Position numbers and translations under genes: made by a program. The notes under the pieces were generated by a model. That model had not been told where the DNA came from. It saw only the letters and a list, made by a program, of their open reading frames with translations, and made no database searches. From a virus, in IMG/VR virus record IMGVR_UViG_3300045988_020036, positions 1-39,938 of that record: 39,938 nucleotides of DNA; one strand, 5' to 3'. Positions 7,959 to 14,742 of this stretch are shown here, piece after piece. Numbering within the stretch: the stretch's first letter is position 1; each line of letters begins with the position of its first letter.

Positions 7959-8621
7959 TCATCCCCATTGTTCTGCCATAGCCATGGCGATCCCAGAAAA
8001 AGTCTTGCTTTTTCGTTTACTGTCCCGGAATGACGTTCCAACATTGCTTCTTGGCGTTCCGTCCGCTTTCTTGCTCCCTCCAGAGACCCACGAACACACA
8101 GGTTTTACAACTTCAGTCGGTTCAAGAGGCGGGATTCCTTTCAACCACAGGCAGGTTTTCTTGCTGTACGGATGGCCAAATTCAAACGGTTGGATGATCT
8201 GACTGTATTTTGGCATCCTGTACACACCTGATGGTATCGGATTTTCGACTGCGATTTTTTCAATCGGTGCGTTCAGGAATTCCAAGAAAAACTGTCTCGC
8301 ATCCAGCCCATTGTTCAGGCGTTCCAAATCCACATAGCTTTTCCCATCAAAGCGTTTGTACAATCTCGCTGCCCCTGCGTTGCTGAGATAGGTACACGGC
8401 GGATGTGCAATCAGTAAATCCCACCGCCCCACATCATGGGTCTGTCCATCCATGGTAGTCACTTGCCCCCCCTCGATGGCCTTTAGCGCATCCCCTAAAA
8501 TGTGCCATTCAGGGTGTCCGCCGGACGGCTCCTGGATGTCGCAGGAATAGGCCTCATGCCCCCGCGCCCGGAACGCCTTGCACACGGTTTGCGATTCCTC
8601 GCAGGCTATCAGAACTTTCAT
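7959..8621 (-). CDS. DNA cytosine-C5 methyltransferase-like protein with a divergent motif I
   Basis: ATG 8621 follows GGAGGAAAG and overlaps the upstream stop as ATGA. Contains motif IV IAHPPCTYLS, motif VI IAVENP and a C-terminal FSGIAMAMAEQW. The N-terminus reads MKVLIACEESQTV where FxGxG would be expected. Confidence 0.7.
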   Translation of the reverse strand: MKVLIACEESQTVCKAFRARGHEAYSCDIQEPSGGHPEWHILGDALKAIEGGQVTTMDGQTHDVGRWDLLIAHPPCTYLSNAGAARLYKRFDGKSYVDLERLNNGLDARQFFLEFLNAPIEKIAVENPIPSGVYRMPKYSQIIQPFEFGHPYSKKTCLWLKGIPPLEPTEVVKPVCSWVSGGSKKADGTPRSNVGTSFRDSKRKSKTFSGIAMAMAEQWG

Positions 8622-8821
8622 TTCTCGCTTTCCTCCACCGGGGAGCGGAGCCAGCCCAGAAGCCGATTGAAGCAATCCTCAGTCGATGCACCCCCACCAC
8701 ATTTGCGGCTTTCTCGCCCGCATTTTGCGTACACCGGGCAGTCCGCACAGAGCAGGTTGTCACAGAGCCAGTCGGCATATTCGCTGTCGCTCATTGCCCG
8801 GATTTTGTCTCCATTCGTCAT
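8618..8821 (-). CDS. Small Cys-rich protein (paralog 2 of a tandem pair)
   Basis: MTNGDKIRAMSDSEYADWLCDNLLCADCPVYAKC... The start overlaps the upstream stop as ATGA. Confidence 0.6.
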   Translation of the reverse strand: MTNGDKIRAMSDSEYADWLCDNLLCADCPVYAKCGRESRKCGGGASTEDCFNRLLGWLRSPVEESEK

Positions 8822-8991
8822 TTTTCGTCACCTCCGTGTTCATCCGCAGGGGCTTTGAGCCAGTTGAGCCAGCAGTCGCAGCAGTGTCGATACAGATAAC
8901 ATCTCTTCGCATCGGCAACTGGACACCCAGTTTCTAAGAAACTCGCCAGTTCCTCATCCGTCATTGCTCGGACTTTATCACCGTTGGTCAT
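8818..8991 (-). CDS. Small Cys-rich protein (paralog 1 of a tandem pair)
   Basis: Not in the ORF track (57 aa). My translation is MTNGDKVRAMTDEELASFLETGCPVADAKRCYLYRHCCDCWLNWLKAPADEHGGDEK. It has ATGA overlaps at both ends. Confidence 0.55.
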   Translation of the reverse strand: MTNGDKVRAMTDEELASFLETGCPVADAKRCYLYRHCCDCWLNWLKAPADEHGGDEK

Positions 8992-9338
8992 TTCGTTATC
9001 CCATCCCTTTCTCTAGCCTTTCTGTGAGCTTCTGTGCATCCCCTGTTTTTCACTTGCTCATAGCATTCGGGCGAGCAGTACCGCAACCTGTTGGACTTAT
9101 CCGGGATCGGAGTACCGCACACGCAGCACCGCTTCCCCTTGTCGTATCCGATTCTCGGCGTTTTCGGCTTCGGCACATAGCCAACTTCGCTTTCTCGCAT
9201 CGCCATGTAATCGCCGTAGTGCATACCCCATGCTTCTTCTTTTACCACACAGGCACAGCCGGGGCAACGACCGGAGGAATCCACATCAGCCGCCACCTTG
9301 CAGATTCTGCACTGCTTAGGTTTTCCGTTTTTTGTCAT
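8988..9338 (-). CDS. Zinc-ribbon protein
   Basis: Four CxxC-type pairs (CRIC, CPGC, CCVC, CSPEC); 116 aa. Confidence 0.55.
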   Translation of the reverse strand: MTKNGKPKQCRICKVAADVDSSGRCPGCACVVKEEAWGMHYGDYMAMRESEVGYVPKPKTPRIGYDKGKRCCVCGTPIPDKSNRLRYCSPECYEQVKNRGCTEAHRKARERDGITK

Positions 9339-9883
9339 CCGTTCACACGTTCCTTTCCTGCTTCCAGCTCAAATTGCTTTGTGCATCCAGCCATCAGAGC
9401 AGACATCTTTTCCCGCACAGGCAGTGGCACTTTGCTGTTTTCCACTTCCTGCTTTTCCAAGATTTCGTACACCTGGCGAAAATTCGCCCGGTCTGCAACC
9501 TGGTTTTCGCTCAGGCACAGAGAACGATAGCCTAGCCGTTTCACGGTTTCCCTGGTCAGCGAGGGCAAAGATTCCAGAGCTGCTGCTTCTTCGTAGCTTC
9601 CAAACCGCCGGATCGCCCGCATGGCCTGTTCCCAGGCTTCGCCCCAATCAGGAGCTGGCCCACCACGCTGGATCTCTGCAATGCCTTCCCGAATATCGGC
9701 AATGCTGGGCGACCACTTGTTTGTGGCAACCCACCTGTTCAGGATTGCTTCTGCGGCATCGTAGGGGATATCCTGCAACTGCCGCCACCAGAGCTCCATA
9801 GCCTGCGGATTGGGCAGGATGTTTTCCCGGCTGTAATAAGTCCGCAGTGCGGATGCAAAAAGGCTGAATTCCTGCTTTGTCAC
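9335..9883 (-). CDS. Replicative helicase loader, SPP1 G39P-like
   Basis: ELWWRQLQDIPYDAAEAILNRWVATNKWSPSIADIREGI matches the G39P N-terminal pattern as I recall it (W..L.D..Y......AL......KF.PTIAEIRE). Confidence 0.7.
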   Translation of the reverse strand: MTKQEFSLFASALRTYYSRENILPNPQAMELWWRQLQDIPYDAAEAILNRWVATNKWSPSIADIREGIAEIQRGGPAPDWGEAWEQAMRAIRRFGSYEEAAALESLPSLTRETVKRLGYRSLCLSENQVADRANFRQVYEILEKQEVENSKVPLPVREKMSALMAGCTKQFELEAGKERVNG

Positions 9884-10608
9884 ACTGTGCCCTCCTCATT
9901 CGCCCACTTCGCCGCCATGCCGTAAAAAGCATCAAGCTCCTGTGCCTTTGTGGGCTTTCCACCAGATGCCCCGCCCACAGGCCTTGCGCTGTTCTGCTCC
10001 CTCGCAAGCCATGAGTTCACAAAACGCATGATCCCGGACTTGGTTTTCCTGTTTTTGGGGTTCGACAAAAGCCAGCCACGCATATTCCTCAGCTGTTGCA
10101 TCACATCCACCGCAGGATATAGCCCGCTCAAATCCACCACCAAGGCATACAGGATTGGGAACTCCGAACCATCAGCCAAAGGCAAAGTGATAGCCGGGGG
10201 CGTGGAGCTGCCGGGCAGCTCTGCGCAAGCATCCGTAGGATGCTCTATATTTTCCTTTTCCTTTTCCTTTTCCTTTTCCTTTGTCTTGGCATCGTTGGCA
10301 TCTTTTCTATGCGGTGGTACGTTTGGTATGCCATCGTATGCCATGGCATCATTGGCATCGTCTTTATTCCAGCGTTTGTTTGCGTTGTCGGCTTGCTTTT
10401 TACACTTTCTGGCATACTTGGCATTATCTCGATCAATCTGTCCACGGAATACCGGGAAGACGAACCGCTCATTGCCACTGAGGTGCCCGACTTCGCCCGA
10501 CTTGCTGTATTTTAGGCAAGCCACGAAAAGCCGACCCCGCTCAGCATCCGTGAGGGGTTCCAAAGCATCGAGATAGCTGTGGTACGCGCAAAAATATTCA
10601 ACAGCCAA
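9880..10608 (-). CDS. Replisome organizer / replication initiator-like protein
   Basis: N-terminal LEPLTDAERGRLFVACLKYSKSGE is typical of phage replisome-organizer N-domains. Sits upstream of the loader gene and contains an internal repeat cluster. Confidence 0.55.
   Translation of the reverse strand: MAVEYFCAYHSYLDALEPLTDAERGRLFVACLKYSKSGEVGHLSGNERFVFPVFRGQIDRDNAKYARKCKKQADNANKRWNKDDANDAMAYDGIPNVPPHRKDANDAKTKEKEKEKEKENIEHPTDACAELPGSSTPPAITLPLADGSEFPILYALVVDLSGLYPAVDVMQQLRNMRGWLLSNPKNRKTKSGIMRFVNSWLAREQNSARPVGGASGGKPTKAQELDAFYGMAAKWANEEGTV
10250..10362. repeat. Dense cluster of short direct and inverted repeats (iteron-like) inside the organizer gene
   Basis: CCTTTT x5 (10254-10282); TTGGCATC x3 (10286, 10295, 10352) plus one TGGCATC (10344); GTATGCCAT x2 (10327, 10337); 12-bp perfect palindrome atgccatggcat (10339-10350). 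Confidence 0.7.
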
Positions 10609-10611
10609 AAC

Positions 10612-10998
10612 CTACACCTCCTGTATCTGGATTCCGTAGCGTTCCAGCATCAATTTTCGCTTGATAACAAACACCTTGTAAGCACCGCCCTGTTTGTAGC
10701 CCTTCACGTCCTCTACAATGGTTTTTCCGTCCCGGGTGTACACGAAGTCGGCTACATAGCGGCACTCTTTTTCTAGGACTTCTCCGGGCTTCCTCTGGCC
10801 TTTGTTCGGGCCTCTTTTGTAAACCTCTGTTCCCTCTGCTCTTTGCGTTGGGATCAGGATATAAGTCACTTGCCGTTGCAGGTCGGAGATTCTTCCGGCT
10901 CGTTCCATTAGCTTCAGTTCCCAATATCTTCTGGCTTCCTTTGAGCTGTCAAAGGCGATGCCGTCCACTACGGTTTCTCGATTGTTGAATTTTTTCAT
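10612..10998 (-). CDS. DUF1064-like protein (PD-(D/E)XK-type nuclease / resolvase candidate)
   Basis: FDSSKEARRYWELKL...YVADFVY...EDVKGYK matches the pattern of this family. Confidence 0.6.
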   Translation of the reverse strand: MKKFNNRETVVDGIAFDSSKEARRYWELKLMERAGRISDLQRQVTYILIPTQRAEGTEVYKRGPNKGQRKPGEVLEKECRYVADFVYTRDGKTIVEDVKGYKQGGAYKVFVIKRKLMLERYGIQIQEV

Positions 10999-11073
10999 TT
11001 CGCTGTGGCGGTTTAACCTCCCACCGCCAAGGTTGCAAGTATAAATACATTTTTTCTTGGAAAAGATTGATTT

Positions 11074-11724
11074 TTAGAAGGGAAGCTGTGAATCGTCCCC
11101 CTGCATCATGGAAAAGTCATCGTATCCGGGTGTCGGAGTAGGCGTGTTGCTGTAACCGCTCTCAGCGGAATATCCGTTAGAGAAACCGCCGAAGGAATCT
11201 GTGGATGTAGCCTTGTTCTTCAGGGGCTTGTCGTTGGGAATGGTGAAGTTGCCATCCTCCACGCTGTCCACACTAATAGCCCGGAATGGTTTTGCCGTCC
11301 AGCCGGACTTGCCGTTCCACTCCCATTCCTCGTTGCGGAACAGAACGCCGATCTCCTTCTTTGCCAAGGTACGTTCGTCCCAGTTCCAAGTGTATCCCCG
11401 GTTGGATTCCTCCACGGCGGTGATAAAGCCCTTCAGGATGGACTTAGTAAATTCGTCCTTGTCGCTGCCATCGTTTACAGGCAGCCACAGCCGGAGAACA
11501 CCCTTCCACTTCTTGTCCTCACGCTGGTTGTTGCCGAAATCCTCGGCATAGTAGCCAGCCCATTCACCGCTGTTGATATCAAGCAGCACACACAGCTGCT
11601 GGCCGTGGTTGTTGTTCTGTACGACCGCCTGAATGATATCACACACATACGCACCAGCGGGGAGCTTCTGGCGGCTTCCACTGTAGGCTCTAACATCGTC
11701 CCAATTGTTCGGTTTTGTGATCAT
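11074..11724 (-). CDS. DUF669-like single-strand DNA-binding protein with an acidic SSB-type C-terminal tip
   Basis: Lies beside the Sak4-like ATPase, the usual partner position. The C-terminus reads ...MMQGDDSQLPF, resembling the bacterial SSB D-D-D-I-P-F tip. Confidence 0.65.
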   Translation of the reverse strand: MITKPNNWDDVRAYSGSRQKLPAGAYVCDIIQAVVQNNNHGQQLCVLLDINSGEWAGYYAEDFGNNQREDKKWKGVLRLWLPVNDGSDKDEFTKSILKGFITAVEESNRGYTWNWDERTLAKKEIGVLFRNEEWEWNGKSGWTAKPFRAISVDSVEDGNFTIPNDKPLKNKATSTDSFGGFSNGYSAESGYSNTPTPTPGYDDFSMMQGDDSQLPF

Positions 11725-12353
11725 TTCTGTTCATTTCCTTTCTTATTCATGCCATAATATTCTCTGATTTCCGTATCAACAAATTTCAAATCGTTGTCGA
11801 TTTCAGGCCCGAACATCTGCATCGGAGATTTACAGGTATTCGTTCCATCGCTCTGGGTGATAAAGCAATGCTTCTTCCCATCGGTATACGCCATCAGCAC
11901 AATGGAGAAAAGCCCCTCTACCGTCAGCTGGTTGTCCAGCATCTTTCCCAGGGTTTTGGCCCGTGTTTTGCCGGTGTTGCTATCCTGATCGGTGTGATGC
12001 AGGAAATAAACGATCACATCCGGCGGGATCTGAGTAATAACGAACTGCACCAGATTGTAAAAATGCAGTGCCATGTCGGTGTATTTGCCGTACCCTGTTT
12101 CCTTCGCCTTGGCAAAAGCCTCGAAACACATAAGGTACTGGCTATCGTCAACTACAAATGCCTTTTTTGTACTGCCCTTAATCGCACCCATGATTTTTCC
12201 GTAGTCGGATGTATTCACAACAGGCAGCTTCTTTCGGAAGGGGAGCGGCTTACCCGCTACGTTGATGATGCTCACGTCGGCAGGTTCAAAATTCCGCAGG
12301 CTTGCGGATTTGCCGGAACCGGATTCTCCCAAGATAAGTACAGGGATTCCCAT
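11721..12353 (-). CDS. Sak4-like RecA-fold ATPase (AAA_24)
   Basis: Walker A LILGESGSGKS at the N-terminus and Walker B FVVDD. About 210 aa, in a recombination-module context. Confidence 0.75.
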   Translation of the reverse strand: MGIPVLILGESGSGKSASLRNFEPADVSIINVAGKPLPFRKKLPVVNTSDYGKIMGAIKGSTKKAFVVDDSQYLMCFEAFAKAKETGYGKYTDMALHFYNLVQFVITQIPPDVIVYFLHHTDQDSNTGKTRAKTLGKMLDNQLTVEGLFSIVLMAYTDGKKHCFITQSDGTNTCKSPMQMFGPEIDNDLKFVDTEIREYYGMNKKGNEQK

Positions 12354-12365
12354 ATGCCCACCCCC

Positions 12366-12854
12366 TTACCGGATTCTCAAGCTCTCGCCCAGGTCGCCCA
12401 AAGTGGCGAATGGAAGGGAGTTCCCGGCTTCCAGGTATTCCCGGATTTTTGCCGTATCCGGTGCTCCGGGCTTTAACCACGCCGCCGGAACCTCTCCCTG
12501 AAGCTCTACCGGCTTCACGCCGCCGTTTTTCTGGATGTTGAAGGAGAACAGGGCGGTCTTGAAATTCGTCCGGCCTGTGGTCTTCATGGTGTCGAATAGC
12601 CGTTGCTTCAATGCGTCCTGCCGGTTCTTGATAGCGGTCTTCCGCTCCTGAAGCCGCTTGATTTCGGCGTCAATTTGGGCGGTGTCTCCGTCCATGCTCT
12701 TGATGATCTTTGCGTAGCCATCGGCCTTTGTATCCATATCTGCTTCGATCATCTCAATTGTGTCGAACACTGCTTCCTCCGGGATCTCCGGGTCAAGCAG
12801 TTTGTCGAACACATCTTCCCACTCTTGGGACATTTGATAAAGTGATAAGCTCAT
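12366..12854 (-). CDS. Siphovirus Gp157-like protein
   Basis: MSLSLYQMSQEWEDVFDKL...DTIEMIEADMDTKADGYAKIIKSM...EIKRLQERK fits the coiled-coil family pattern. Confidence 0.7.
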   Translation of the reverse strand: MSLSLYQMSQEWEDVFDKLLDPEIPEEAVFDTIEMIEADMDTKADGYAKIIKSMDGDTAQIDAEIKRLQERKTAIKNRQDALKQRLFDTMKTTGRTNFKTALFSFNIQKNGGVKPVELQGEVPAAWLKPGAPDTAKIREYLEAGNSLPFATLGDLGESLRIR

Positions 12855-12855
12855 G

Positions 12856-12884
12856 TTGACAAATCCTTTCTTATCGGTTATAAT
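12856..12884 (+). promoter_or_regulatory. Perfect-consensus sigma-A/sigma-70 promoter on the plus strand (antisense to the early operon)
   Basis: TTGACA (12856-12861), 17-nt spacer, TATAAT (12879-12884). The -10 box is centred in the 7-1-7 palindrome cggttat-a-ataaccg (12875-12889). Confidence 0.7.
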
Positions 12885-12890
12885 AACCGT

Positions 12891-12955
12891 GTTATCCGAA
12901 TCTTTCCTTACTGAACCGCTGCCGGGCTTCCTTCCCGGTGGCGGTTCTTTTTTTT
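12891..12955 (+). ncRNA. Putative ~60-65 nt antisense small RNA ending in an intrinsic terminator
   Basis: Hairpin 12913-12926 / loop cttcctt / 12934-12947 has 14 bp. Its two wobble positions are G.U only in the plus sense. T8 follows at 12948-12955. No plus-strand ORF is present. The 5' end is inferred from the promoter. Confidence 0.6.
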
Positions 12956-13157
12956 ACAGCAGTTCAGCAGCTTCTACACCAAGGGATTCAGCGATTCTTC
13001 CCAGCAGGGACAAGGAAGGCTCAACGGCTCCAATCTCTACTCTGCCGATCATGGACTGGGTAACATATACCTTTTCCGCAAGCTCCTTCTGGGTGTATCC
13101 CTTCAGTTCCCGAAGCTGCTTCATTTTTTCATAGTTCAAAGATTTCACTTCCTTCAT
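12954..13157 (-). CDS. XRE-family HTH protein (Cro-like candidate)
   Basis: LKGYTQKELAEKVYVTQSMIGRVEIG is a canonical HTH_3 motif. The start could instead be ATG 13124 (MKQLRELKG...). Confidence 0.8.
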   Translation of the reverse strand: MKEVKSLNYEKMKQLRELKGYTQKELAEKVYVTQSMIGRVEIGAVEPSLSLLGRIAESLGVEAAELL

Positions 13158-13491
13158 CTAATCTTTTGTTTTTGTTGATGGCAAACCCATCTTTATATGG
13201 GTAAATGCGATATTTACCGGGGGTAACGATCCCTTCCAACGATGCGACTGAAAACCTGGCCGAAACACCTCTGGCGTATGTTATCGTTGTCGTGTGCCCC
13301 ACATTTTGAGGAATGAATACAATGTGTTGATTCCCAACCAGAATTTTCACACGCCGAATGTGCTGATATTCTCGAACCGCCATGCAGTTGAAGAACCCAC
13401 AAAATGCACCACCTTCTAATTTTGAAAAACCGACAACTGGGAAATCGTATTGCTTCCTTTTTCGCCCCACAGGAACGAGGGTCTCTGACAC
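13129..13491 (-). CDS. Hypothetical protein
   Basis: 120-aa ORF in the early operon; no confident motif. Confidence 0.5.
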   Translation of the reverse strand: MSETLVPVGRKRKQYDFPVVGFSKLEGGAFCGFFNCMAVREYQHIRRVKILVGNQHIVFIPQNVGHTTTITYARGVSARFSVASLEGIVTPGKYRIYPYKDGFAINKNKRLDEGSEIFEL

Positions 13492-13492
13492 A

Positions 13493-13696
13493 CTACTCCA
13501 CCTCAGCTTCCTCGTTAAACTCCACCATGGAATCTACGCAGTCCAAACAGTACCGTTCGTCACGCCCAGGGATATGCACCAGCAATGGATCTGTGATGGG
13601 CTTACCACACCGCCCACAAATCGGGAGCCGTTGCAGTACCTTGTCCCATTGCGCTTCCCGGTGTTCCGCTTGCCTTACGGCATCAGCCCAGATCAT
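13493..13696 (-). CDS. Small zinc-ribbon-like protein
   Basis: CGRCGK...CLDC; 67 aa. Confidence 0.5.
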   Translation of the reverse strand: MIWADAVRQAEHREAQWDKVLQRLPICGRCGKPITDPLLVHIPGRDERYCLDCVDSMVEFNEEAEVE

Positions 13697-14019
13697 ACAC
13701 CCACCCCCATTCGTATGCTGGATAATGCACTGGCGGCGGCGATTCCTGCCACTGCGATTGCGTACCCTGCCGGGATCATCCCAGCACCACCCAGAAGGGC
13801 AGCAGAGCCAGCGGTTGCCGCCATGCCGGTTGACAAGATTACGCTTTCACGGCTGGGTGCGTTTATTCTCTCAATCTGCTTTTTTGCGGGTCTGCGCTTC
13901 GCCTGAACCATCCGGGGGCCATCATCCATGTGGATGTCGTTCCAGCGGTCGGACCTCTGCTGATTCAGTCTGTCTTTCATCGCCTTGATATCGGTAGGCG
14001 TAGCATCCATTGCTCGCAT
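13693..14019 (-). CDS. Hypothetical protein with a Gly/Ala-rich hydrophobic C-terminus
   Basis: 108 aa. The C-terminal GMAATAGSAALLGGAGMIPAGYAIAVAGIAAASAL looks membrane-associated. Confidence 0.5.
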   Translation of the reverse strand: MRAMDATPTDIKAMKDRLNQQRSDRWNDIHMDDGPRMVQAKRRPAKKQIERINAPSRESVILSTGMAATAGSAALLGGAGMIPAGYAIAVAGIAAASALSSIRMGVGV

Positions 14020-14036
14020 CTTTCTTCCTCCCTTGT

Positions 14037-14354
14037 TTAATTTTCATAGCTTTTTGCGAAAGCTATGATTTCTTTTTCACTGTAGCCCAGGAGTTGAAGC
14101 AACGTGGAGATATCCGGCTTTATCACGCCAATGATCGTTCGCATTGTTCCCAGCTGCATCTTCCCAGCATCGGACTTGTAAACACGCATTGACGATTTAG
14201 AGATTCCTGTTTGCTCTCCCAAAGCTGTCCATGTGTCGATATCCTGCTCAACACACCGAACCTTTACATTCTTCCAAAATGCCATTTCGGCATTTTTCTG
14301 ATCCTGTTCAGCGTATTTTTCAGCGTACTGCCGTATTCTTGGCATTTCCTCCAA
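14037..14354 (-). CDS. Hypothetical early protein with an HTH-like segment
   Basis: WTALGEQTGISKSSMRVYKS; 105 aa. Confidence 0.5.
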   Translation of the reverse strand: MEEMPRIRQYAEKYAEQDQKNAEMAFWKNVKVRCVEQDIDTWTALGEQTGISKSSMRVYKSDAGKMQLGTMRTIIGVIKPDISTLLQLLGYSEKEIIAFAKSYEN

Positions 14355-14544
14355 CTCCTTCCTGTTTTATCACCGTCAAGCACCGAACGAGCAATTTCCG
14401 GGTGGTCGTATCTTTTACATGGGGATGGATACCCAATACCCAGAACCATAAAAAACGGGTGCGCTCATCTTGTCACGGTGTTGCCCTGCCTCATCGGCGC
14501 CGGGCGGGCGGTCCCGGCGGACGGCCCAGAGGCCGTTTCGGCTA

Positions 14545-14694
14545 TCAATAGGATTCAGCTATTGCTTCGCCTGTAACAGCATTGTACAGGCCGCAGTATT
14601 CGCAGAAATCGCATTCTTTTTCGTATGCTTCAAACGCATTTTCAAGGTTGTCAAAAATTCTGACCATTCCAAAAGTATTTTTGAGTAAATACAT
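14545..14694 (-). CDS. Small hypothetical protein (49 aa)
   Basis: Not in the ORF track. ATG 14694 follows AGAAAGGTAG. My translation is MYLLKNTFGMVRIFDNLENAFEAYEKECDFCEYCGLYNAVTGEAIAESY. Confidence 0.35.
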   Translation of the reverse strand: MYLLKNTFGMVRIFDNLENAFEAYEKECDFCEYCGLYNAVTGEAIAESY

Positions 14695-14715
14695 TGTTAT
14701 CTACCTTTCTGTGTT

Positions 14716-14733
14716 GGGCGGGTTGCCCCGCCC
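14716..14733 (-). promoter_or_regulatory. Perfect 7-bp GC hairpin with a GCAA (GNRA) tetraloop in the mRNA sense, with no U-tract
   Basis: Minus-sense gggcggg-GCAA-cccgccc, directly after the first early gene and about 250 nt downstream of the early promoter. Confidence 0.45.
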
Positions 14734-14742
14734 GGTTGTACA

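Noticed and set aside
10250-10282. CCTTTT x5 tandem repeat, considered as a CRISPR-like array or non-coding microsatellite
   Set aside because: The units are 6 bp with no spacers and lie inside an open reading frame, where they encode KEKEKEKEKE. This is not a CRISPR array. It is retained only as part of the iteron-like cluster hypothesis.
14355-14544. A 190-bp G+C-rich ORF-free stretch in the early operon (contains acggcc-caga-ggccgt and tgggtat x2), considered as a structured RNA or riboswitch
   Set aside because: I could not find a coherent extended secondary structure, a known riboswitch core or a promoter/terminator pair by eye. It is left unexplained and would need covariance analysis.
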